Part shown: positions 9,308 through 18,746 of the stretch, in pieces
Layout of the letters: every line of letters begins with the position of its first letter
How positions within the stretch are numbered: the first letter of the stretch is position 1
Assembly: GCF_000354175.2 (NCBI RefSeq)
Contig: NC_022349.1
Location: 540,001 to 572,000, forward strand
Direction of reading: 5' to 3'
Source: Vibrio alginolyticus NBRC 15630 = ATCC 17749
GTDB lineage: Bacteria > Pseudomonadota > Gammaproteobacteria > Enterobacterales > Vibrionaceae
DNA: 32,000 nucleotides
Notes under the pieces: model-generated
Told to the model about the DNA's origin: nothing
Seen by the model: only the letters and a program-made list of their open reading frames with translations
Databases searched by the model: none
Program-made: the position numbers and the translations under genes

Positions 9308-9428
9308 TATGCAAAACCTCTGGTTTGTCTTTTACGGAAACAACTGGCGATGCCGTAACTCGCTTTTCTTTCAGCGGTCGCTGAAGTCATGAAGGGTTGG
9401 TTTGGCTGCCGACAAAAAGGAGAAGAAT

Positions 9429-11651
9429 ATGACTCGGCAGTTTATGCTGACACCAACGTCGATGGCGGTTGTATTAGCTTTATCAACGCCAAATGTCTTG
9501 GCTCAGGAAGATGAAAATATAGTTGTGATTGGACAGCAGCAAGACAGTGCAGTTGGTCCTGATTTTAGTTATCTCGGAGCGAAGAGTCGGGCAGCGACGA
9601 AAACTGATATTGCTATCAATGAGACTCCAAGAGCGGTGTCTGTTGTTACGCGAGAGCAAATGGATGATCGTGCCTCTATTAGCATTTCTGACGCACTACA
9701 GTACACACCAAGCATTCAAACTAATTATTTCGGCGAAGATAACAAGCAAGATTGGTTTATTATTCGTGGTTTTAAACAGGCGAACAGTGGGTTGTATCAA
9801 GATGGTACCCGTTTATATTCTTCTGGCTTCTATAGTTGGCAAATAGATCCGTTTGCGTTAGAGAGGGTTGAAGTTTTACGTGGTGCAGCGTCTGTTCTTT
9901 ATGGGCAAAACCCTCCTGGTGGGGTCATCAATGTTGTCAGTAAGCGACCTCAATTTGATGGGGGGTCAGGACTTGTATCTTTGGAGTACGGTTCTGAAGA
10001 CCGTAAACAACTTTCTCTTGACGTAAACTCTGAGGTGAGTGAGCAGCTAGCTTTCCGCTTTCAAGGGTTAGCGAGAAAAAATGGGACGAGAATTAGTGGG
10101 GTAGAAGCAGAGCGCATTCTTCTCTCTCCATCGATGACGTACAAATTTAATGAGGCGTCTGAAATTACCTTTCTAACGAGCTATCAAAAAGACGACTCAG
10201 ATCCTTATCTGCAATTTTTGCCAGTTGAAGGAACGTTAACGCCAAACAAAAATGGAAAGATCAGTGATAGTTTAGCGATAGGCAATCCTAACTGGGAGAC
10301 GTTTGAGCGTGAGCAGGTGTCTTTAGGCTATGAGTTTTCTCATGCATTTAATGATACCACTTCATTTATTCAAGCAGCTCGTTACAGCGAAATGGATGTT
10401 AAGCTAAGACAAATGTATTCGTACGTTTACTCGGCTGATGTGCCTGCGTTGGGGCCGGTTTTGGACCCATCAAATGAACGCAAAACCATACTTCGGGGTG
10501 CTTCAACAGAAGATGGGTCATCTGATGCTTTTAATATCGATAATCGTTTGATGCACCAAGTAAATTGGGGAAGTGTTGAGCATAACTTGATGTTGGGCAT
10601 AGATTTTCAAATGATCAGTATCGATGGTAAAGATTTTGCCAATGACCCTATAGTTGCTAATGGTAATGCATTATTAAACACACCAATGGGAGCTTTGCCC
10701 GATCCTAGGTTTAATGTATTTAATCCTACTTATTCGGATAACATAATGTTACTCGATCCGAATACGCTACAACCATTGAGCGAAACCGATAAGCAAAGAA
10801 CGAAAATCGATAATCAGCAGCTCGGCGTCTACTTTCAAGATCATATGCTGATCAACGATAAATGGGCGATGTTATTGGCCGCACGTTACGACGATACAAG
10901 TAATGAAGTACATAATGTTACCACGGGTGCTCGCACGAAAGTCGATAATGGAGAGTGGACGTTTAGCGTGGGAACGGCTTATATTTCTGATTCTGGCTTC
11001 ACGCCATACTTTAGTTACTCTCAGTACTTTGATCCAATTATTCAAGAAGACAGCAATGGTAAGCCAGCGAAGCCTGAAAGCGGTGATCAATTTGAAATCG
11101 GTATGAAATACCAACCGGATTCATTTGATGGTTATTTCAATATTGCAACGTATCGGGCAACAAAAGAAAACTTGGCTCGTATCTACTTGAGTGAATTAAC
11201 GCAAATAGGAAAAATAGAAAATAACGGCGTTGAGTTTGAAGCTGTAGCTAATGTGACACCATCCTTAACATTGATCGGGAACATTGCGTACGTTGATGCA
11301 GAGATAAAAGAAGACATCAATAAGGCATGGGTTGGCAAAACACCTTCCCAAGTGGCTAATACCGTATCATCAGCTTGGGCACATTATCGTTTCTTTGATG
11401 GACCTCTTGATGGCTTTGCTGTTGGCTTAGGCGCGCGCTATACAGGTGAGTCATACGGAGACAATGAAGAGAGACTAAAAGTACCAAGTTATTTCTTAAT
11501 GGATGCGACGGTCAGTTATCGAATCGGCGACTACAAGTTACAAGTCGCAGCTAAAAACATCGCGGATAAAAAGTACATAGCGACATGTGATGGCTTTTGT
11601 TGGTATGGCGACCGACAAAATGTTATTGCAAGTTTAACTTACGACTGGTGA
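9429..11651 (+). CDS. TonB-dependent siderophore receptor
   Basis: The ATG at 9429 has an AAGGAG SD; the TTG at 9402 in the ORF track is less likely. Signal peptide …LSTPNVLAQ, TonB-box-like ENIVVIG, plug motifs (ETPRAVSVVTREQMDDR, RGF…G, VEVLRGAASVLYG), and a beta-barrel C-terminus ending …SLTYDW. Confidence 0.85.
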   Translation: MTRQFMLTPTSMAVVLALSTPNVLAQEDENIVVIGQQQDSAVGPDFSYLGAKSRAATKTDIAINETPRAVSVVTREQMDDRASISISDALQYTPSIQTNYFGEDNKQDWFIIRGFKQANSGLYQDGTRLYSSGFYSWQIDPFALERVEVLRGAASVLYGQNPPGGVINVVSKRPQFDGGSGLVSLEYGSEDRKQLSLDVNSEVSEQLAFRFQGLARKNGTRISGVEAERILLSPSMTYKFNEASEITFLTSYQKDDSDPYLQFLPVEGTLTPNKNGKISDSLAIGNPNWETFEREQVSLGYEFSHAFNDTTSFIQAARYSEMDVKLRQMYSYVYSADVPALGPVLDPSNERKTILRGASTEDGSSDAFNIDNRLMHQVNWGSVEHNLMLGIDFQMISIDGKDFANDPIVANGNALLNTPMGALPDPRFNVFNPTYSDNIMLLDPNTLQPLSETDKQRTKIDNQQLGVYFQDHMLINDKWAMLLAARYDDTSNEVHNVTTGARTKVDNGEWTFSVGTAYISDSGFTPYFSYSQYFDPIIQEDSNGKPAKPESGDQFEIGMKYQPDSFDGYFNIATYRATKENLARIYLSELTQIGKIENNGVEFEAVANVTPSLTLIGNIAYVDAEIKEDINKAWVGKTPSQVANTVSSAWAHYRFFDGPLDGFAVGLGARYTGESYGDNEERLKVPSYFLMDATVSYRIGDYKLQVAAKNIADKKYIATCDGFCWYGDRQNVIASLTYDW

Positions 11652-11661
11652 GTTAACGTAT

Positions 11662-11695
11662 AAATAAACACCCCTAACTTTAGGGGTGTTTATTT
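11662..11695. terminator. Bidirectional rho-independent terminator between convergent genes
   Basis: AAATAAACACCCCTA-ACTT-TAGGGGTGTTTATTT is a perfect 15-bp stem with A/T runs on both sides. It overlaps the stop codon of the minus-strand ORF at 11694. Confidence 0.8.
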
Positions 11696-12242
11696 AGAAA
11701 TCGGCTTTACGGACAAAGTGCGGGTTTTTGTACTTTTTCTGCGGGCCAAACGATGATACGACAAGTTTGTTCCATAATGTTTTGTCAAACTCACCCTTTG
11801 GAATCGAAGGGTAGAGGGTTTCCTCTTCTTCTCTTGCAAAGTTCATATATTGTTTCTTTTTAATTTGATTGTACTTTTTGGCGATCTGGTTATGTTTTCT
11901 TACCCACTCCAGCTTGTAATTGTGGAGCACTTTTTCACCATCTTCGAGACTCATTCGAGATAGGAACAGTCGCTTGTATGAGACCTTTCTGTCCAGCATT
12001 GTGCGCATAACGGTTTGGATATATTTACCGTGATGCGTAATGGTAATGTCGTTTTCATCAACAGGAGTGACACACCAGCCTTTAGGTAAAAAGTCTGGCT
12101 TCTTAAATTGCTTATTACGCTCCATTAGCGCCTGATGTAAAACTAAATCAGAGGTGCCGCGGAACGTCTTTTGCCATTTACCGATACGAATTTGAATCGA
12201 ACCAGGCAAGCGATAGATGTTAGTAAACTTATCTTTGTCCAT
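11694..12242 (-). CDS. Hypothetical Lys-rich basic protein (182 aa), family not recognised
   Basis: Clean ORF with its own ~250-bp upstream region and a terminator. It is visibly more AT-rich than its neighbours. Two segments (NIYRLPGSIQIRIGKWQKTF…LHQALMERN and ITITHHGKYIQTV…SLEDGEKVLHNY) are faintly reminiscent of AP2/arm-type strand-strand-helix DNA-binding units. That resemblance is speculative. Confidence 0.5.
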   Translation of the reverse strand: MDKDKFTNIYRLPGSIQIRIGKWQKTFRGTSDLVLHQALMERNKQFKKPDFLPKGWCVTPVDENDITITHHGKYIQTVMRTMLDRKVSYKRLFLSRMSLEDGEKVLHNYKLEWVRKHNQIAKKYNQIKKKQYMNFAREEEETLYPSIPKGEFDKTLWNKLVVSSFGPQKKYKNPHFVRKADF

Positions 12243-12492
12243 GGACTTGTGTCATGAGATTAATGTGCATAATTAGAAAGCGGAATTCAGCCCAATGCCA
12301 CAGGCAGTAGACTTAAGTACCGTACGATTTTACAACGACCTTGCGTGATATAGCGAGGGGTTATGTCAATAATAGGTAAGAAATAGAAAATTAGTTCACA
12401 TTATGAAGAAATTGGAAGCTTACAAGGCTAAATTTTGAAGTTACACCAATTATGCCCATGCCGACTAAATAAAAGAAGGCACGGGCATAAAA

Positions 12493-14268
12493 TCACACCG
12501 CTTCTTCGAGTTGCTTGGTGTCTTCTTCAATCTGTTGTAGGTGTCGGTTTGCTTGCTGTAACTGATACATTTGAGCATAACGACCATTTTGCGTTAAGAG
12601 TGCTTTGTGTGTGCCTTTCTCGACTAACTCCCCATGATGAAGAACAATGATTTGGTCTGCATCTAGGATAGTTGACAGCCGATGAGCAATAACAACGAGC
12701 GTCATGTCTTGTCTGAGTACCGCCAAGCTCTTTTGGATTAAAGCCTCTGTTCCTGAGTCAATATTTGCGGTTGCTTCATCTAATATCAATATCTTAGGTT
12801 TTACCACAAGCACACGTGCTAACGCCAAAAGCTGTTTCTGACCCGCAGATAAATTAGTTTCGCCTTGACCTAACTGCGTGTCTAGCCCGTTAGGGTAACG
12901 ATGAATTTGTTCTGCCAAACCTACCTTGTCTAACGCATCCCATATTTGATTGTCATCAACCGCCCGACTGAGAGAGATGTTTTCTCTGACTGAAGCAGGG
13001 AGAATATGTGGATCTTGTTGGACCATTGCCACATCTTTGCGAAGTACGTCTTTCCCTAATGTTTTAAGTGGACGACCATCTATGAGCAGTTCGCCACATT
13101 GCGTTGGATAAAAGCCCATTAACAGTGACGCTAATGTGCTTTTACCGCTTCCTGTATGCCCGACAAGCGCGATAAAGTCTTGGTGGTTGGCCTTCAACGA
13201 AATGTCTTTTAGGACGTCCTGTTTACCATCGTAGCTAAATGTGAGATCTCTAAGTTCGATAGCACCTGACCTTAATGGTTGATGATTGTCCCCGTAAGTT
13301 TGTTCTTTCGCGTCAATTAATTCAAAAACACGTTCGCTTGATACTAACGCTTGCTGAAGTAGAGCAAGTTGCTGAGTCATCTCAATTAGTGGTTCAGTAA
13401 CTCGCGCAAGATAACTGATAAATGCATACAGTACCCCCACACCAATCAACTCAATACCATTAAAACCAAAGATCGCAACCAAGCAAAGCAACGCAAGACC
13501 AGCGAGTAAGTCCATTAATGGTCTTAGCAGATAGCCGTTTAGCCGAATCACTCGTTTAGATGCCACCAGATGCTCTGCGGTTAGCTCGTTGAACTGTTTA
13601 TTAAAACGCTCTTCTTGTTGCATTAATTGAATGACACTCATCCCTTGAATGGATTCACTCAGATTCGCATTTATATCGGTCAATAGGTCACGCATCTTTC
13701 GGTAGCTTTCTGTACTTAGCTGCTTAAACAAGTACATAAAGCCGATGACGATCGGCAGCAATACAAGCACAACGAGTGTGAGCTTCCAGCTCATGAAAAA
13801 CATAACGCCAAGCATTACGACAATCATGACCACGTTTTTCACCACGGTCGCGATCAAAAGCTCATAAAATTGCTGTAAAGATTCCGTATCGTTGGTGATT
13901 CGCGACACCAATTTTCCAGCAGGAGTGTAATCAAACGCAGATAACGGCTGCTTAATCACGCCAGAAAATACTTGCTTACGAATCGCTTTGATCGTGTTAG
14001 CCGCGACAATGCTAAATTGCAATGACTGAAAATACTGGAATGTTGCCGATACGATCTGAAGAGCGATATAACCTACTGCTAGCGAAATCAGAACACTTTG
14101 TGAATAGTCACCTTTAGCGATGTGCTCATCAATGAAATATTGAATCAACCAAGGGCCGCCGGCGCTAGCTAACGCTGCAATAAACAGCAAGGCGAGTCCT
14201 TTAATCATTGGCTTTGGTTGAGATAATGGGTAAGACATTAACCGTTTAAACGTGCTGGTCTGGTTCAT
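12493..14268 (-). CDS. ABC exporter half-transporter (TMD-NBD), MdlB-like, second subunit of a heterodimeric pair
   Basis: 591 aa with six N-terminal TM helices. Walker A GHTGSGKST, signature LSAGQKQLLALARV, Walker B ILILDEAT. The start lies 3 nt after the stop of the upstream subunit (TAATGAATG). Confidence 0.85.
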   Translation of the reverse strand: MNQTSTFKRLMSYPLSQPKPMIKGLALLFIAALASAGGPWLIQYFIDEHIAKGDYSQSVLISLAVGYIALQIVSATFQYFQSLQFSIVAANTIKAIRKQVFSGVIKQPLSAFDYTPAGKLVSRITNDTESLQQFYELLIATVVKNVVMIVVMLGVMFFMSWKLTLVVLVLLPIVIGFMYLFKQLSTESYRKMRDLLTDINANLSESIQGMSVIQLMQQEERFNKQFNELTAEHLVASKRVIRLNGYLLRPLMDLLAGLALLCLVAIFGFNGIELIGVGVLYAFISYLARVTEPLIEMTQQLALLQQALVSSERVFELIDAKEQTYGDNHQPLRSGAIELRDLTFSYDGKQDVLKDISLKANHQDFIALVGHTGSGKSTLASLLMGFYPTQCGELLIDGRPLKTLGKDVLRKDVAMVQQDPHILPASVRENISLSRAVDDNQIWDALDKVGLAEQIHRYPNGLDTQLGQGETNLSAGQKQLLALARVLVVKPKILILDEATANIDSGTEALIQKSLAVLRQDMTLVVIAHRLSTILDADQIIVLHHGELVEKGTHKALLTQNGRYAQMYQLQQANRHLQQIEEDTKQLEEAV

Positions 14269-14271
14269 TCA

Positions 14272-16011
14272 TTATTCCTCCATCGCCTGCTCTAGTTTCT
14301 GATACTCGAACATCTCGGCGTACCAGCCTTTATGCGCTAATAACGCGCTATGTTGCCCACGTTCAGTAATGTGTCCGTGATTCAATACAATGATCTCGTC
14401 TGCTGCTTCCAAAGCGGTGAGGCGGTGCGCAATAACGATTAGGGCCTGATTACGGTAGTATGTTTCCAAATTCTTAAGGATTTGATGTTCGGTCCGTCCA
14501 TCAACAGCGGAAAGTGCATCGTCCAAAACCAACACTTGAGCATTCAGCAGCATAGCGCGTGCTATCGCAATACGTTGTTTTTGCCCGCCGGAGAGTGTAA
14601 TGCCTTTTTCACCAACTTCTGTTTGATAGCCTTCAGGAAACTTTTCAATATCGTCATGTATACAGGCTAACTTTGCTGCTCTATAGACTTCTTCTTTCTC
14701 TGCATTAGGGTTGCCTAAGGCAATATTTTCGAAGATAGATTTGGAGAATAGAAACGGACTTTGGTTAACGACAGCAAAACGGTTGCGCCACTGCGGTAGT
14801 AGGGCATCCTTGATCTCGACATCCCCGAATTTAATTGAGCCGTTTTCTAAATCATGTTGACGCAAAAGTAGTGTTAACAGGGTCGATTTTCCGCTTCCTA
14901 CCGGCCCTGCAACTCCCAACATTTTTCCGGGTTCAAGTTCGATGTTTACTTCCGTCAAAGCGGGCGGTAAATCACTAGACCAGTGGAAATCGTCGATATC
15001 AATTTTTAACGGAAGTGGTTTATTTTCTATTGGCTTATTACCACTGATAATTTCTGGCTTTTCATCAAAGATCTCTTGTAGTCGGTTCCATGCAGCTGAG
15101 CCTCTTTCTAAAATGTTAAATAGGAATGCGAATGCCAGCATCGGCCATATCATCAACCCTAAATACATCGTAAATGCGGTCAGATCACCAAGCGTGATCT
15201 CACCTTTATCAACAAGGTAAGCACCAGCAGCGACACTAAGAAGGAAAGAAAGACCGATGGTTAACTGAATTGCCGGGTCAAATCTAGCATCGACTCTTGC
15301 AACAGCGATGTTCTTTTCGCCAGTATCATCCACAACCTCTTCAAAACGTTGCTGCTCTTGGTTTTCTAATCCGAAAGCACGCAGCATTCGCACGCCATTA
15401 AGTGACTCTTGTGTCATGTCTGACATGGTAGAAAAGGCTTCCTGAGCGACACGAAAGCGTTGATGTAGGATGCGCACAATAAAGAAGATGATGATGGCAA
15501 GAAATGGCATTGGAAGAAGCGCCATTACGGTGAGCTTCCAGCTTACTTGCGTTATCATAATGATTAAAACCGCAATACCAGTGATCAAAGAGTCTGCGGC
15601 GGTTAAAACCCCTTCGCCGGCTGTCATAACGATATTACGCACATCATTAGTGCCACGAGCCATCAGATCCCCCGTCTTGTAACGTTCAAAAAAACGAGGT
15701 GGCTGTGTCGATAAATGCCTATATAGACGGTTACGTAGAATGGTCCCGAGCTCCCAGCTTGCGCCGAAAAGCCAAATTCGCCATAAGATGCGACACCCAT
15801 AAATGGTAAAGATCAGTACAGTTAACCCTGACAGCCATAGAATCAGCGTATTTGTATCTAAAGTGTTGTCTACGACGCCGTCAACTATGATGCCAACTGC
15901 TTTGGGCGGAACAAGCTGTAGTGCTGATATCACAGCGAAAAGCAGAATGGATCCGACATAGTGCCTCCACTTTTGTTGGAAATACCAACGTAGCTGCCAG
16001 AATATTCTCAT
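14272..16011 (-). CDS. ABC exporter half-transporter (TMD-NBD), MdlA-like, first subunit
   Basis: 579 aa. Walker A GPVGSGKST, signature LSGGQKQRIAIARA, Walker B VLVLDDALS. Tightly coupled to the downstream paralogue. Confidence 0.85.
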   Translation of the reverse strand: MRIFWQLRWYFQQKWRHYVGSILLFAVISALQLVPPKAVGIIVDGVVDNTLDTNTLILWLSGLTVLIFTIYGCRILWRIWLFGASWELGTILRNRLYRHLSTQPPRFFERYKTGDLMARGTNDVRNIVMTAGEGVLTAADSLITGIAVLIIMITQVSWKLTVMALLPMPFLAIIIFFIVRILHQRFRVAQEAFSTMSDMTQESLNGVRMLRAFGLENQEQQRFEEVVDDTGEKNIAVARVDARFDPAIQLTIGLSFLLSVAAGAYLVDKGEITLGDLTAFTMYLGLMIWPMLAFAFLFNILERGSAAWNRLQEIFDEKPEIISGNKPIENKPLPLKIDIDDFHWSSDLPPALTEVNIELEPGKMLGVAGPVGSGKSTLLTLLLRQHDLENGSIKFGDVEIKDALLPQWRNRFAVVNQSPFLFSKSIFENIALGNPNAEKEEVYRAAKLACIHDDIEKFPEGYQTEVGEKGITLSGGQKQRIAIARAMLLNAQVLVLDDALSAVDGRTEHQILKNLETYYRNQALIVIAHRLTALEAADEIIVLNHGHITERGQHSALLAHKGWYAEMFEYQKLEQAMEE

Positions 16012-16282
16012 TACGCCTCCCGCTTTAAATTATTGAATTTGTTATAGAACTATTATTGAGCGAAATGATGAGTTTACAAGCACAAGTTATAGGCGGGTTT
16101 AAAAACGATAGATTGTTTCAATTATAGCCATGTGTCGGCGCAAATTACTGGTTTTATCTCTATGAGCTAACTGTGCGACGACATTATGTGAAATAGTTGT
16201 TAATGGTGGTTTTGGAGCCATGACCTTGCAATAACGATGAAGACACCAAAAGTAAAAGTGTTACTGCCACTCTCTATGGGAA

Positions 16283-16774
16283 TTAGCAATCGTCAGTTTG
16301 TATTTTGTATTTCACTTGGCCACCAGGAGTTTCTGGGTAGTAAACTTCGACATAACACATATGTTCTGGACCAACAGGCTTGTTTGCAAAACCAATAAGG
16401 AAGTAGGGCTCGTCTGGGCTATCTACCCCATACCAAGTGTTGATAGTGAGTTGCGGATCAAAGCCTGCTAGCTCTTTTGCTGGAATAACATTTTTGATAA
16501 ATCCAAAGTAACCAATTAGGTCGTTATGGCCGTCATTATCTAGATCAATGTTATATTGTATGCCGCCATCTACTGTCTCTTGAGATTGAATCACTGCTTT
16601 GGTGTAGACAAAGTTGTTGGCGGTCATGAGTGCTTCTCTGGCTCCATATAGAACCGCCACTCTGGCATCTTTTTGTAAGCCAAGAAATTTAGGAAATGCA
16701 ACGACGCTTACAATACCAAGAATGATGATGCACACAATGAGTTCAATAAGAGTAAATCCTTGAGAGCGACGCAC
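16283..16774 (-). CDS. Type IV pilin-like protein (MshA-like), prepilin N-terminal cleavage/methylation domain
   Basis: GTG start at 16774 with GGAGA SD at 6-nt spacing. Short leader MRRSQG followed by FTLIELIVCIIILGI…; FLGLQKDAR resembles MSHA-type pilins. A C-terminal Cys pair (…HMCYVEV…TDDC) fits a pilin D-region disulfide. Confidence 0.75.
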   Translation of the reverse strand: MRRSQGFTLIELIVCIIILGIVSVVAFPKFLGLQKDARVAVLYGAREALMTANNFVYTKAVIQSQETVDGGIQYNIDLDNDGHNDLIGYFGFIKNVIPAKELAGFDPQLTINTWYGVDSPDEPYFLIGFANKPVGPEHMCYVEVYYPETPGGQVKYKIQTDDC

Positions 16775-16945
16775 AGCCTTTCTCCATGTTTTAGAAACGA
16801 ATAGGCGGCTATTCTGATATAGAAACTTTCAGGTCAAGTATTAAAAAAGAATGATAGTAAGAGATCGGGATTGCAAATCTCAAATATAAAACAAGTTGCT
16901 TATTTTCGAGATGAGGAGTGATTTTGATAAAAACCAAGGAATGAA

Positions 16946-16970
16946 CTCGAGAGGATAAAATCCTCCCGAG
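16946..16970 (-). terminator. Terminator-like hairpin downstream of the GltS-like gene
   Basis: On the minus strand, CTCGGGAGGAT-TTT-ATCCTCTCGAG (11-bp stem, one mismatch) begins 9 nt after the stop codon. A T-rich stretch follows (TTCATTCCTTGGTTTTT). Confidence 0.5.
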
Positions 16971-16978
16971 TAAAGCGA

Positions 16979-18322
16979 CTAAGATTCGTGTGTCAGAGCA
17001 CTGCTGTTACGTTTAAAAATGAATCGCCAAACAAATAAGACAATTGCGATGTAACCTAATCCTACACCAAGCGCTTGCCAGTGCATGCCGTTATACATCG
17101 CGATTGGCATCAAAGAGATGATGAAGATGTCAGTGATTGAGCCAGGGACATAAGCGATGGCGTAATCATCAAGCACCTTGCTACGCATTTTTGGATCAAC
17201 AATGCGAAGCAACGCAATACCCATAGCTACCGTACCGGTCAACCAACCCCAAGAGAAGATGCCTTTCTCAAACCAATCTTCACCCATGATTCGCGGCGCT
17301 ACCCAAAAGATTAGCCATAGTGTGAAGGCGATACCGCCGATTGCAAGTACTACCATCGGCATTAAATACTGGGCTAAGACGGTAATCTTGATGGCTGAGA
17401 TACCAAAGATAATCAAATAATCGGTACTGATGCCCGCAGCGTGTTTGAATGCACCGTCACAAAGATAGCGTGAAGCTTTCGTTTGTTTCGCGATGATTCG
17501 CACAAGCATGCCGCCAAGGAAGCCAGTTACAAACGTCGGGATCTGCACCTTATCGTGGAAAGAAGACAAGTAGTTGGCGGCGACATAAGAGAAAGCGGTT
17601 ACGACAACCACTAACGCAGCGTGAATCGCGAAAGAATCAACCGACAGGGAAGACATGGTGTCTTTCATTACCGGTTCTTGATCATCAGGCTTAACAAGGC
17701 CTTTGCGTTCGTGTTCGTCCATGCTGTCGAAGGTCGTAAAGCTACGAATCCAACCCATCTTCAATGCGAATTGCAGCATGAGCATGCCGACAGAAATCGA
17801 GATGAAAATACCCACGGTTGCGAACGTTAAGCCAAGTGTGAAGCCATCTTCCCAGCCAAGCCCCGTGAAGATTTCACCAACAACAGATGCAGAGCCATGT
17901 CCGCCCATAAAGCCCGCAGACATTGTCACACCAAAGCCAGGATTAATCTCTGGCCAGAAGAAGGTTGTGAGAACTAGACCAAACATTGCTGCAAACAACC
18001 ACTGAGAAACAGAAGCGATTTGGTTAAACGCCCACAATGAGCCAGCACGCTGTGCGACGGTTTTAGGTGATGGAACATCCGTTGCCAGACCTAACGCAGA
18101 AAAAAGTGCAGCAGTTAATAGGCTTGCGTTAGCGGTAAACGTATCGGTCCAAGGCAGTACGTCTAACAGGGCTGGTCCAAAAATTAGACCGAATAATCCT
18201 GCGAGAACCGCCGATGGAATGTACATACGCTGTAATAATGGCGCGTGAACGCGAATGACTTTTGCCAAAATTAATAGTAAGCCAGCGATGGCTAAGTCAG
18301 TCAGCATTAGACCTTTAGGCAT
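16979..18322 (-). CDS. Sodium/glutamate symporter family (GltS/ESS-like) membrane transporter
   Basis: 447-aa polytopic membrane protein. Blocks MYIPSAVLAGLF, SAGFMGGHGSA and GTVAMGIALLRIV parallel E. coli GltS blocks YTIPEPVAGGLL, LSGGHGTG and GLGATPTAIANM, recalled from memory. The substrate is not inferable. Confidence 0.6.
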   Translation of the reverse strand: MPKGLMLTDLAIAGLLLILAKVIRVHAPLLQRMYIPSAVLAGLFGLIFGPALLDVLPWTDTFTANASLLTAALFSALGLATDVPSPKTVAQRAGSLWAFNQIASVSQWLFAAMFGLVLTTFFWPEINPGFGVTMSAGFMGGHGSASVVGEIFTGLGWEDGFTLGLTFATVGIFISISVGMLMLQFALKMGWIRSFTTFDSMDEHERKGLVKPDDQEPVMKDTMSSLSVDSFAIHAALVVVVTAFSYVAANYLSSFHDKVQIPTFVTGFLGGMLVRIIAKQTKASRYLCDGAFKHAAGISTDYLIIFGISAIKITVLAQYLMPMVVLAIGGIAFTLWLIFWVAPRIMGEDWFEKGIFSWGWLTGTVAMGIALLRIVDPKMRSKVLDDYAIAYVPGSITDIFIISLMPIAMYNGMHWQALGVGLGYIAIVLFVWRFIFKRNSSALTHES

Positions 18323-18746
18323 CTTATCCTCCAGTAAATGCAGTCAAGGGGTAGCGTCCTTGTGACCTACCTTGAATAAAAATCTCTCTCAAGCCAAAAA
18401 GCCACATACGTGACTAACAGCGTTGAGAAATCAATGTCGTTTTCATAAGCAAAGGAATGTGCTTATGCAATTTGAAATGAGTGTAAATGTTGTGATTGCA
18501 CACGAACAGGAAGAGAAATTAGATTAAATTTCTCGATATTTTTTTGATAGTTCACTCAGGAAAGGCGGCAATCCTAGTCACTTTGTTAGAGCAATGCAAT
18601 TGGTGTGAATCAATAAATTATGCCTAGTTATGGGTGTTTCTGACTAACAACATGAAAAATAAAGACAATTAACAAGCAATAATATTTGTCATATCGACAA
18701 TAAAAGTTAATTAAATGGTTAAATTGTCGCCGCTTTATGTGGGGCG

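Noticed and set aside
9402-9428. N-terminal extensions in the ORF track: TonB receptor from TTG 9402, LysR from 19676, Tag-like from 21859, GGDEF from TTG 27829, TerB-like from 30866
   Set aside because: In each case an internal ATG with a better SD yields an N-terminus that matches the family (signal peptide, wHTH, and so on). The extensions add non-family sequence or collide with neighbouring genes or operators.
12450-12492. Hairpin ATGCCC(A/G)TGCC…GGCA(C/T)GGGCAT just after the MdlB-like stop codon, considered as a terminator
   Set aside because: It has a 15-nt loop, one mismatch and no U-run on the transcribed (minus) strand. That is not enough to call it a terminator.
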